Part shown: piece by piece, positions 19,655 through 30,125 of the stretch
Position numbering within the stretch: position 1 is the first letter of the stretch
Layout: every line of letters begins with the position of its first letter
NCBI GenBank assembly: GCA_047947115.1
Contig: CP170459.1
Location: 192,001 to 256,000 of the forward strand
Reading direction: 5' to 3'
From: Verrucomicrobiota bacterium
Lineage (GTDB): Bacteria; Verrucomicrobiota; Verrucomicrobiia; Limisphaerales; AAA164-E04
Length of the DNA stretch: 64,000 nt
Position numbers and translations under genes: made by a program
The notes under the pieces: generated by a model
Told to the model about the DNA's origin: nothing
The model's input: only the letters and a program-made list of their open reading frames with translations
The model's database searches: none

Positions 19655-21088
19655 ATGCACCTCCACACGATGGCTCGAATGCTTTTCATGATTGGATTGG
19701 CAGGGATGCTGACGATGGGCAGCCCGAAAGCCGCCAGCACACGAACCCCCAATGTCATCCTGTTACTCGCGGATGACCTCGGATCGGGCGAACTTGGATT
19801 CCAAGGGAACACGGAAATCCCCACCCCACACATCGATTCCATTGCGAAGAACGGGGTCAGGTTCACACAGGCTTATGTAACGGCGCCCAATTGCAGTCCA
19901 TCGCGTGCCGGATTGCTGACGGGAAAAATCCCGACCCGTTTTGGATACGAATTCAATCCCATCGGCGCACGCAATGAAGATCCCGGGACAGGCCTGCCCG
20001 CCAAAGAAATCACCCTGGCGGAATGGCTGCATGACAGGGGTTATACAACAGGGCTCATCGGAAAATGGCATTTGGGAGGCGCTGCCGATTACCACCCGAT
20101 GCGTCACGGATTTGATGAGTTTTTTGGGTTCATGCATGAAGGGCATTACTTCGCCCCTCCCCCCTGGAAAGGCACCACCACCATGCTGCGCCGCAAGGCA
20201 CTTCCGGGAGGAGGCAAAGGTCGATGGGTGAGCGACCACCTCATTTACACCACTCATATGGGGCATAACGAACCTCACTACGATGCCAACAACCCCATCA
20301 TAAGAGGCGGACAACCTGTGGAAGAAAAAGCCTACCTCACTGATGCTTTCACCCGGGAAGGGGCCGATTTCATCAACCGCCATGCTGATAAACCCTTCTT
20401 CCTCTATTTGGCCTACAACGCCGTGCACAGCCCCTTGCAAGGCGCGGAAAAATACATGAAGAAATTTGTCCACATTGAAGACATCCACCGACGCATCTTC
20501 GCCGCCATGCTGGCCAATCTGGATGACAGCGTGGGTGGCATTTTGGAGGCGGTGCTAAAAAACGGACTGGAAGAGAACACCCTCATCGTCTTCATGAGCG
20601 ACAACGGCGGCCCCACACGCGAACTCACATCCAGCAACCGCCCTTTTCGCGGAGAAAAAGGACATATGTATGAGGGAGGTCTCCGGGTACCGATGGCCAT
20701 GCAATGGAAAGGCAAACTCCCGGAAGGGATCGATTTCAACGGACTGACCGCTTCGGTCGATCTGTTTGCAACCATCGCCCGTTTCTTTGATCAGCCTGCA
20801 CCCAAAATGGATGGTGTCAACCTGATGCCTTATCTGACTGGCACCCAAGAAGGCAACCCACACGATACCTTCTTCTGGCGACAAGGAAATAAAACCGCGA
20901 TGCGTCACGGAGCCTGGAAACTCATCAACATGAAAGGCACCATCGCCGACCCAAAATGGGAACTTTACCACCTAGGACAAGATCCCACTGAATCCAATGA
21001 TCTTTCAGGCAGCAAACAGGATGTGCTCTCCGAATTAACCAAACAATGGAAAGTCTACCAAGAGGAGATGATCCCCTCCGTTTTCTAG
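19655..21088 (+). CDS. Formylglycine-dependent sulfatase (S1)
   Basis: ADDLG, CSPSRAGLLTG, GKWHLG, SDNGG. Confidence 0.95.
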   Translation: MHLHTMARMLFMIGLAGMLTMGSPKAASTRTPNVILLLADDLGSGELGFQGNTEIPTPHIDSIAKNGVRFTQAYVTAPNCSPSRAGLLTGKIPTRFGYEFNPIGARNEDPGTGLPAKEITLAEWLHDRGYTTGLIGKWHLGGAADYHPMRHGFDEFFGFMHEGHYFAPPPWKGTTTMLRRKALPGGGKGRWVSDHLIYTTHMGHNEPHYDANNPIIRGGQPVEEKAYLTDAFTREGADFINRHADKPFFLYLAYNAVHSPLQGAEKYMKKFVHIEDIHRRIFAAMLANLDDSVGGILEAVLKNGLEENTLIVFMSDNGGPTRELTSSNRPFRGEKGHMYEGGLRVPMAMQWKGKLPEGIDFNGLTASVDLFATIARFFDQPAPKMDGVNLMPYLTGTQEGNPHDTFFWRQGNKTAMRHGAWKLINMKGTIADPKWELYHLGQDPTESNDLSGSKQDVLSELTKQWKVYQEEMIPSVF

Positions 21089-21181
21089 GTCAGTCAGGTA
21101 ATTGAGGAGAATCTCTATCACGGTGATCTTCATCCAAATTCTAGTGAATTCGGCTACTTCTGGGAGAATGATCTTAAATTG

Positions 21182-21230
21182 TATTTAGAATCATTCTAAG
21201 TATTGACATTAATTAAAGAGCGTTTACTTT
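21182..21230 (+). promoter_or_regulatory. Sigma70 promoter with abutting PerR/Fur-type operator
   Basis: Perfect 7-1-7 palindrome TTAGAAT-C-ATTCTAA (21185-21199); TTGACA (21203-21208), 16 bp, TACTTT (21225-21230). Confidence 0.75.
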
Positions 21231-21242
21231 GCGTTCAGCGAG

Positions 21243-21701
21243 ATGAAAGAAGAACAATCGTCGACACAGGAAAACAACGATTTGGCGCGCAAACTGGCTC
21301 ACAGCGGGATGCGGATGACGTCTCAGCGTGAACATGTGTATCGCACACTGCTGAACCAGACGGACCACCCCACTGCGGATGACGTATATTTACGGGCCAA
21401 GGCAGACATGCCGGAAATTTCCATCGCAACTGTTTACAATACCTTGGACGCGTTGGTGAAATGCGGCCTCATCAAGCAGGTCAACGTCGAACGCACTGCC
21501 ACGCGCTATTGTTCCAACATGAAGGAACATTGCCACTTTTTTTGCGAGGAATGCGGGAACATTCATGACGTGGATTACAAAAAAGGCAGGGACGAGTTGC
21601 CGGTGAAAATCCCCCGCAACCTGATCCCGACCCAGGTGGATATTTCCATTCGAGGGCATTGCATCAACCCACTCTCCTGTCCGAACCGATCCAAAAACTA
21701 G
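21243..21701 (+). CDS. Fur-family transcriptional regulator (PerR-like)
   Basis: HPTADDVY, ATVYNTL, HCHFFCEECG, RGHC. Confidence 0.9.
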   Translation: MKEEQSSTQENNDLARKLAHSGMRMTSQREHVYRTLLNQTDHPTADDVYLRAKADMPEISIATVYNTLDALVKCGLIKQVNVERTATRYCSNMKEHCHFFCEECGNIHDVDYKKGRDELPVKIPRNLIPTQVDISIRGHCINPLSCPNRSKN

Positions 21702-21808
21702 GCGCAAAGCACCTGGGAAGAGGAACTGACCGCATTGAGTTCAGGCTAGCCTGAGGGAAATACTCACAATCCATTTTAAAACATCCAATAAGACTTGATT
21801 CATAAGAA

Positions 21809-23257
<1,449 letters not shown>

Positions 23258-23296
23258 ACAAGAAAACCGATCCAATCACTTTAACGAATTTTTACT

Positions 23297-24070
23297 ATGT
23301 CGAATCAACCACTGTTAAGCATCAAAAACCTGCAGGCCGGCGTGGAAGGCCGTGCGATTCTCAAAGGCATCAACCTGGACATCAACGCTGGCGAAGTCCA
23401 TGCCATCATGGGCCCGAACGGCAGCGGCAAAAGCACCTTGGCTTCGGTCATTGCCGGGCGCGAAGGTTATGAGATCCTGGGCGGCGAAATCCTCTTCAAG
23501 GGCGAGGACATACTCGAAATGGGAGCGGACGAACGTGCGCACCTCGGACTTTTTCTGGCATTCCAATACCCGGTCGAAATTCCGGGCGTCAACACCACCT
23601 ACTTCCTCAAAGCCGCCATCAACGAAACACGCAAGGCAAGAGGCGAAAAGGAACTCGATGCCGTCGAGTTCCTCAAGTTCATCAAAACCAAAGCCAAACT
23701 CCTGGATTTGCCAGAGGACTTTTTGAAACGTTCCTTGAATGTCGGATTTTCCGGTGGTGAAAAGAAACGCAACGAAATCTTCCAGATGGCGGCGCTGGAA
23801 CCGGTCATGGCCGTCCTCGACGAAACCGACTCCGGTCTGGACATCGACGCGCTGAAAGTCGTTGCGAACGGCGTCAACCAACTGCGCAGCCCGGAAACTT
23901 CCCAGTTGGTCATCACCCACTATCAACGCCTGCTCGACTACATCGTGCCCGACGTGGTGCACGTGTTGCATGACGGCCGCATCATCAAGACCGGACCGAA
24001 GGAGCTGGCGCTGGAACTGGAAGACAAGGGTTACGACTGGGTCATCCAGGAAGCGGCACAACCTGCTTAA
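23297..24070 (+). CDS. sufC: Fe-S cluster assembly ATPase SufC
   Basis: [28 protein letters not shown]. Confidence 0.97.
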   Translation: MSNQPLLSIKNLQAGVEGRAILKGINLDINAGEVHAIMGPNGSGKSTLASVIAGREGYEILGGEILFKGEDILEMGADERAHLGLFLAFQYPVEIPGVNTTYFLKAAINETRKARGEKELDAVEFLKFIKTKAKLLDLPEDFLKRSLNVGFSGGEKKRNEIFQMAALEPVMAVLDETDSGLDIDALKVVANGVNQLRSPETSQLVITHYQRLLDYIVPDVVHVLHDGRIIKTGPKELALELEDKGYDWVIQEAAQPA

Positions 24071-24094
24071 ACCAACGATCATCGCAGTTGCATC

Positions 24095-25450
24095 ATGACA
24101 GAAACCGCTCAACTCACCGAGACAGACGCCTGGTTGGAGGCATTTGAAACCCTGGAACAATCCGCGTCTCAAAGTCCCGCGTGGCTGCTGCCCCTGCGCA
24201 AGGCCGGCCTGGCCCAATTTGCAAAGACGGGGCTGCCCACTTTGAAGGACGAAGACTGGCGATTCACCAATGTGGATCCCATCCGACAATTGCAACCCAA
24301 CCCGGTCATCACACGAACCGAACTGGACGCGACGAGGCTGGATCAGGTCAACTACCCGCACAAGGACAAGGAGGCCATCCGTCTCGTGTTGCTGGACGGC
24401 CATTACCAACCTGCGCTGTCGGACCTTTCAAAGTTGCCTGACAATGTCACCATCCTTTCCCTGGCACAGGCCATCACTGAAAAAGGAGAAGCGCTGGAGA
24501 AGCATCTGGGACAATACACCTATCAAAACGATAATCCCTTTGCCGCGTTGAACACGGCTTTTTTCCAGGATGGCCTTTACATTCATCTGCCGAAAAACTG
24601 CCAGCTCGACATCCCCGTACACATCCTAAACCTGGCCGGCGCTGATGGATCGGGATCCACTTCGTTTGCGCGTTTTTTCGTGCATGCGGAAGCATTTTCC
24701 AAGTGCACGATTCTGGAAACATATCAGGCTCTGAACGATGCCGTTTATTTGTCCGCTCCCACTTCGGAATTTCTGGTGGACGATGAGGCTTTTGTCGAAC
24801 ATATCAAGGTGCAGGACGAATCCGAGGAAGCGTTTCATGTTGCCAGCATCTACGCCAACATTGGTCGCGCCGCACATTTTCATTCCCATTACCTGACCCT
24901 GGGGGGACGCATCAGCCGCAACAACATCCGAACCAAACTGGATGGTGAAGGACTCGAGGCGGTGCTGAATGGCTTATACCTTTCTGATGGCGATCAATTG
25001 TCGGATCATCACATGATCGTGGATCACGCGAAACCCCATTGCGACAGTCACGAATACTTCAACGGGATTCTGGATGACCGGGCCCGAGGGGTGTTTCATG
25101 GTCGAATCCTGGTACAACAAATCGCCCAGAAAACAGACGCCAAACAAACGAACAAGAACCTGCTGCTTTCGGACGACGCCACGGCGGACACCAAGCCGCA
25201 GCTGGAAATCTACGCCGACGACGTCAAATGCACCCACGGAGCCACCATCGGCCAGTTGGACGACGAAGCCATTTATTACCTGCGGACCCGAGGCGTGCCC
25301 AAATCGGTTGCCCAACGCATGCTCGTTCACGCCTTTGCCGGAGAGATCATCGACCGCATCGGTCATGATGAACTCCGCGAAGAATTGGATGAACTGGTCT
25401 GGCAGCACCTGGAAGATTTCACGCACTTTCAATCCGAATCGAACGACTGA
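24095..25450 (+). CDS. sufD: Fe-S cluster assembly protein SufD
   Basis: EDWRFT, KPQLEIYADDVKCTHGAT. Confidence 0.95.
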   Translation: MTETAQLTETDAWLEAFETLEQSASQSPAWLLPLRKAGLAQFAKTGLPTLKDEDWRFTNVDPIRQLQPNPVITRTELDATRLDQVNYPHKDKEAIRLVLLDGHYQPALSDLSKLPDNVTILSLAQAITEKGEALEKHLGQYTYQNDNPFAALNTAFFQDGLYIHLPKNCQLDIPVHILNLAGADGSGSTSFARFFVHAEAFSKCTILETYQALNDAVYLSAPTSEFLVDDEAFVEHIKVQDESEEAFHVASIYANIGRAAHFHSHYLTLGGRISRNNIRTKLDGEGLEAVLNGLYLSDGDQLSDHHMIVDHAKPHCDSHEYFNGILDDRARGVFHGRILVQQIAQKTDAKQTNKNLLLSDDATADTKPQLEIYADDVKCTHGATIGQLDDEAIYYLRTRGVPKSVAQRMLVHAFAGEIIDRIGHDELREELDELVWQHLEDFTHFQSESND

Positions 25451-25468
25451 CCCAACCCATCACTCATT

Positions 25469-26029
25469 ATGCATAGCCAGGAAACCATTGAATTGACCCG
25501 GGACGTCGAGGCAGCCATCGTACCGGCCGGAGACACCGTAACGCTTCTGAAAGGCGCCACCGCCTACCTCACGCAGGACCTCGGGGGTGCATTCACCGTG
25601 GTGGTCAACGGAAACATGTTTCGCATTCAGGGCAAAGATGCGGACGCACTCGGCAAGGAAGTGGCCGACACGCGCATACGGTCTGCTGCCGAAGGTGAAG
25701 AAGTCACCCCGGAGGCGGTCGAGACTCAGGTCTGGGAACAGATGAAAACCTGTTTTGATCCGGAAATACCGGTCAATATCGTTGATCTGGGACTGATCTA
25801 TGATTGCGCGGTAACCCCCATTGATGGAGGCAACGATTTCAAAGTGCATGTCAAAATGACCCTGACCGCCCCCGGTTGCGGCATGGGGCCGATGATCCAG
25901 CAGGACGTGCAGAACAAAGTCATGTGCATCGAAGATGTCGCGGAAGCGGATGTGGAACTCGTCTGGGAACCTCAGTGGAATCAGGGCATGATGACCGAAG
26001 CCGCGAAGTTGCAACTGGGTTTGATGTAA
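25469..26029 (+). CDS. sufT: Long-form SufT (DUF59) Fe-S assembly protein
   Basis: DPEIPVNIVDLGLIY, MTLTAPGCGMG plus N-terminal LGGAFTV domain. Confidence 0.9.
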   Translation: MHSQETIELTRDVEAAIVPAGDTVTLLKGATAYLTQDLGGAFTVVVNGNMFRIQGKDADALGKEVADTRIRSAAEGEEVTPEAVETQVWEQMKTCFDPEIPVNIVDLGLIYDCAVTPIDGGNDFKVHVKMTLTAPGCGMGPMIQQDVQNKVMCIEDVAEADVELVWEPQWNQGMMTEAAKLQLGLM

Positions 26030-26038
26030 TACAACAGC

Positions 26039-27295
26039 GTGGAATCCACCTTGAACACAAACACGACAGACGCGTTGAGCCTGCGTACTCGAAAAGATTT
26101 CCCAATCCTTGATCAGGAAATCAACGGGCACCCCCTGATCTACTTCGACAACGCAGCAACCAGCCAGAAACCGGTTCAGGTTCTGGACGCGGTGCGTCGC
26201 TACTACGAGCACGACAACGCCAACGTACACCGGGGCATCCATGAGCTGAGCAATCGCGCAACCTTGGCTTACGAATCGGCCCGGGAACGAACAGCTCAAT
26301 TCCTTAACGCGCGCAGTTCCAAAGAAATCGTTTTCACGCGCGGCACCACGGAAGCGGTCAACCTGGTCGCCTCCTGCCTCGGACAATCCTTGAAATCCGG
26401 GGATAAGATTCTCATCACCGAAATGGAGCACCACAGCAACATGGTGCCTTGGCAATTGATCGCACAACGGACAGGGGCGGAGTTGCTTTATCTTCCGGTG
26501 AAGGACACATTCGGTGAACTTGATCTGGATCAACTGGACAACTTGCTGACACCCGATGTCAGAATCTTCAGCTTCGTTCACATTTCCAACAGCCTGGGAA
26601 CCATCAATCCCGCCAGGGTTCTGTGCGCCAAAGCCAGATCCGTCGGAGCATTAAGCTTTGTCGATGGCGCTCAAAGCGGCGGACATTATCCGGTGGACCT
26701 GCAGGATATCGACTGTGATTTCTACGCTCTGTCGGGTCACAAGATAGGAGGACCGACCGGTATCGGAGCACTGTATGCCAAGGGAGATTTGTTCAATGAA
26801 CTGCCACCTTATCACGGCGGGGGCGAAATGATTTCGGAAGTCACGTATGACAGGCCGATATTCAAAGAAGGTCCGCACAAGTTTGAAGCGGGCACACCCA
26901 ACATGTCCGGAGCGGTGGGCCTTGCCGCGGCCATGGATTACATCGATTCCATCGGCCGACAAGCCATCTACGATCACGACCGGGAACTGGCCGAATATTT
27001 TTACAACGAAATATCCAAACTGCCCGGCACGCAGGTCTACGGTCCCAAAGAAAATCGGGCAGGTCTGGTCAGCTTTCTCCTGGGAGGGATGCATGCCCAT
27101 GACCTGGTGACCCTGGCTGACCAGAAGGGAATCGCCCTGCGAGGCGGCCATCATTGCACCCAGCCGCTGATGAAAAAATTCGGAGTCACGGGAACGGCAA
27201 GAGCCAGTTTTTATTTTTACAACAACCGCCAGGAAGTCGACCGCTGCCTGGAAGTATTGGAACACATTCAAAAAAGGTTCGGCGACTTGGAATAG
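26039..27295 (+). CDS. sufS: Cysteine desulfurase SufS (group II)
   Basis: YFDNAATSQKP, SGHK, RGGHHCTQP. Confidence 0.95.
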   Translation: MESTLNTNTTDALSLRTRKDFPILDQEINGHPLIYFDNAATSQKPVQVLDAVRRYYEHDNANVHRGIHELSNRATLAYESARERTAQFLNARSSKEIVFTRGTTEAVNLVASCLGQSLKSGDKILITEMEHHSNMVPWQLIAQRTGAELLYLPVKDTFGELDLDQLDNLLTPDVRIFSFVHISNSLGTINPARVLCAKARSVGALSFVDGAQSGGHYPVDLQDIDCDFYALSGHKIGGPTGIGALYAKGDLFNELPPYHGGGEMISEVTYDRPIFKEGPHKFEAGTPNMSGAVGLAAAMDYIDSIGRQAIYDHDRELAEYFYNEISKLPGTQVYGPKENRAGLVSFLLGGMHAHDLVTLADQKGIALRGGHHCTQPLMKKFGVTGTARASFYFYNNRQEVDRCLEVLEHIQKRFGDLE

Positions 27296-27344
27296 GCTGA
27301 AGCCCTGCCGGAAACATTGAAAAACCATAAATCTTGATCATCAC

Positions 27345-27905
27345 ATGAGCGACGCATCCAACATTACACCCCAATCCACCATGAAGGAGGTTTTGGAAAC
27401 CTTCCCATGGGCACAACGCGCATTGTTTCGACACTATCACATCGGCGGATGCGCCAGCTGTGCTTTTCAACCCGAGGAAACAGTGGAAGCGCTGTGCCAA
27501 CGCAATGAGAATCTGGATCCAAACGAAGTCATCGGAAAGATTCAGGAGTGCCATGATGAGGACTCCAAAGTATTGATGACCGCCATGGACGTTTCTGAAG
27601 CCCTTCAATCCGATGCCCCCTGCCGACTGGTAGACATCCGAACCAGCGAAGAATGGGATGCGGTCAAATTGGAGGGAGCCGTCCATATGTCCCAGGAATC
27701 CATGCAAATGATCCTGACCCAGTGGCCACGCGAAGATCTCCTGGTCATCTATGATCACATGGGGCGCAACAGCCTGGATGCGGCCACTTATTTTCAGGGC
27801 CAGGGATTTAAAAACGTTCGCTGCCTGGCCGGAGGCATTGACGCGTGGTCCCGCGAAGTGGACAACTCGGTGGCGCGCTATCGTTTGGAACCAGTGGAAG
27901 GTTGA
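27345..27905 (+). CDS. CxxC (DUF1858-like) domain fused to rhodanese-like domain lacking the catalytic Cys
   Basis: HIGGCASC; LVDIRTSEEW, loop IYDHMGRNS, LAGGIDAW. Confidence 0.8.
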   Translation: MSDASNITPQSTMKEVLETFPWAQRALFRHYHIGGCASCAFQPEETVEALCQRNENLDPNEVIGKIQECHDEDSKVLMTAMDVSEALQSDAPCRLVDIRTSEEWDAVKLEGAVHMSQESMQMILTQWPREDLLVIYDHMGRNSLDAATYFQGQGFKNVRCLAGGIDAWSREVDNSVARYRLEPVEG

Positions 27906-27943
27906 TTTCCGGGAAATTGAGCCTACTATTTTGAAAGAGTAAC

Positions 27944-28453
27944 ATGTCAGACGCATTTCAACAAAAAGTCGAGGAAGCCATCCGCAACCCCAAGAATCTG
28001 GGCAAGATGGAAGATGCTGATTCAGTGGGCACTGTGGGAGGCGCAGGATGCGGAGACATGCTGCGTATGTGGCTGAAGTTTCGAGATCAGGACGGCAAGA
28101 AGGTCATCGACAAGGCTTCTTTCCAGTCGTTTGGATGTGAAACAGCCATTGCGGCAGCCAGCCTGGCGACGGAACTGATTCGTGGGAAGACCACCGAAGA
28201 AGCCATGTCCATGTCGGGGGCCGAACTGGCAGCTGACCTCGGTCCCCTGCCCCCGACCAAAATCCACTGCACCACCATGGTGGAGGACGCGCTACGCACG
28301 GCCATTGAATCACATCAAGGCAAAGCCTGCGAAAACCTCGAACCAAAATCACAAAGCACCCGCTCGTCGAACAGTTTGCTCGATAATATGAATGCTTCCA
28401 CAAAGGGAGGCAAGGGACTTAAAGTCGTCCTGCTGCCCCCGGAAGAAAGTTAA
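27944..28453 (+). CDS. IscU/NifU-N-type Fe-S scaffold protein
   Basis: GCGD, FGC, LPPTKIHC. Confidence 0.9.
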   Translation: MSDAFQQKVEEAIRNPKNLGKMEDADSVGTVGGAGCGDMLRMWLKFRDQDGKKVIDKASFQSFGCETAIAAASLATELIRGKTTEEAMSMSGAELAADLGPLPPTKIHCTTMVEDALRTAIESHQGKACENLEPKSQSTRSSNSLLDNMNASTKGGKGLKVVLLPPEES

Positions 28454-28475
28454 CCTTAAAAACAAAGGAATCGTT

Positions 28476-29075
28476 ATGTCCGTTATGAAAACCACTCGTC
28501 TCATCCTGCTGCTCACCTTCGTTATCGGACACATTGCCGCCTCCTCACGAGCGGAAACGATTTACCTGATCAACGGCGATCAAATCCAGGCCAAGGTCGT
28601 TTCTCTGGACAGTCAATCACTTTCACTGCACAGCGACATCCTAGGAACCCTGAGCATCCCACGCAGTAAAATTGCGCGGATTGATTTTGTCCAACTTCAG
28701 AAAACGGCTGCCAACAGGATTACGCCTCAAGGGGGTCAAGCCCCTGCAACAAGGCAAGCAGCACAACCTTCCCTGCCATCGACGATCCCTGGAATCCTGA
28801 ATGCCGGGGATCAAGACCAACTGATACAACAGGTCCAACAGCAATTGCTCACTACCGCCGGTCCAGAAGCCAATGAAATGTATCAACAACTGGTTCAGGG
28901 AGTCATGGCCGGTTCGGTCAATGTCCCCCAGTTGAAATCCATGGCACAGGATACGGTGAATCAAATTGAAGAGCTACAGGCAGAACTCGGCGAGGATGTC
29001 GGCTTTGCTTTGGATGGCTATCTCGGCATCCTCAAAGGTTTCATCCAAAAAGCTGAGCGACAGCAGTCCAGATAG
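28476..29075 (+). CDS. Secreted hypothetical protein (small beta domain plus Q-rich helical domain)
   Basis: Signal peptide, IYLINGDQI motif, AAGGA upstream of ATG. Confidence 0.65.
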   Translation: MSVMKTTRLILLLTFVIGHIAASSRAETIYLINGDQIQAKVVSLDSQSLSLHSDILGTLSIPRSKIARIDFVQLQKTAANRITPQGGQAPATRQAAQPSLPSTIPGILNAGDQDQLIQQVQQQLLTTAGPEANEMYQQLVQGVMAGSVNVPQLKSMAQDTVNQIEELQAELGEDVGFALDGYLGILKGFIQKAERQQSR

Positions 29076-29150
29076 GTATCGCGTGGCGTCTCGGCGCGCA
29101 ATCCTCAGGGCTCTCATACGCTAAATAGTGCCTGACCAAAAACTAGAATG

Positions 29151-29280
29151 AGCAAGCCTACAAAGCATTTGGAATTTCCGAATGCTTTGTAGGCTTGCTG
29201 GGTATTGGAAATCATGGCGAAAGCGTGAACGGCGCTAGAAAAGAATGTCCGGACAGGATTGTCTGCCTGTCCGGACATTC
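29151..29280. repeat. Two long perfect inverted repeats
   Basis: 19-bp arms at 29151-29199; 15-bp arms at 29243-29280. Confidence 0.85.
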
Positions 29281-29340
29281 ACTTTTCAGTAGAATATCCT
29301 CGGCAAACGCCTTTCAACAAACCACAATCATCGACATCCC

Positions 29341-30102
29341 ATGAATACCATCATTCGAAAGCATCAAGCATATAAACAAGTCCTTTGCATAGGGATCTTC
29401 GCATGGATCGCCGGCGGCGCCATCGTCTCCTCCTCATTGAAGGCCGGCGAAGCTGAGACAGTGCGTGCCACCATCGATGACAAGCAGCCCGGCTGGCGGG
29501 CACTCGGCAAAGACGATTTCACCAAGGTCAACAGCGCCGAGGATACATGGACATGGAAAGACGGCATCCTGCACTGCACAGGTCAGCCCATCAGCGTCCT
29601 GCGAACGGACAAACAGTATGAAAACTTCGAACTGGTCGTTGAATGGAGTCACCAAAAATCAGCCGGTAACTCCGGGGTGTTTGTGTGGGTCACGCCCGAA
29701 TCCATTAAGAACCTGACGGAAAAAGGCAAACCGGGACTCCCGGACGGCATTGAAGTGCAGATCCTCGATCATGGTTACACCGACAAAGTGAAAGCCCAGG
29801 GTGGAAAAACCGATTGGTTCGGAACCAATGGAGACGTCTTCCCTGTTCGCGTCAAGATGACGCCGTTCCCCCCTCTATCGCCGAACGGACAACGCAGTTT
29901 CCCGCGCAAACACCTGGCCAAGGGTCATGGAGAATGGAACCATTACTACATCCGCGCCATCAATGGTGAAGTCCGACTATGGGTGAACGGCGAGGAGGTC
30001 TCGGGCGGCACCGGTTGCGATCCCCGCAAAGGTTTTCTCTGCCTGGAAAGCGAAGGCTCTCCCATCATCTTCCGGAAACTGCGCATCCGCGAGCTCCCCT
30101 GA
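29341..30102 (+). CDS. DUF1080 (3-keto-disaccharide hydrolase-like) secreted protein
   Basis: YENFEL, GNSGVF, IEVQILD, GEWNHY, LESEG. Confidence 0.85.
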   Translation: MNTIIRKHQAYKQVLCIGIFAWIAGGAIVSSSLKAGEAETVRATIDDKQPGWRALGKDDFTKVNSAEDTWTWKDGILHCTGQPISVLRTDKQYENFELVVEWSHQKSAGNSGVFVWVTPESIKNLTEKGKPGLPDGIEVQILDHGYTDKVKAQGGKTDWFGTNGDVFPVRVKMTPFPPLSPNGQRSFPRKHLAKGHGEWNHYYIRAINGEVRLWVNGEEVSGGTGCDPRKGFLCLESEGSPIIFRKLRIRELP

Positions 30103-30125
30103 TCTCTGAACTGTTGCCAGATAGC

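Noticed and set aside
21741..21754. 14-bp palindrome TCAGGCTAGCCTGA before sufB as an operator
   Set aside because: Single occurrence, unlike the Fur/Per box; chance cannot be excluded
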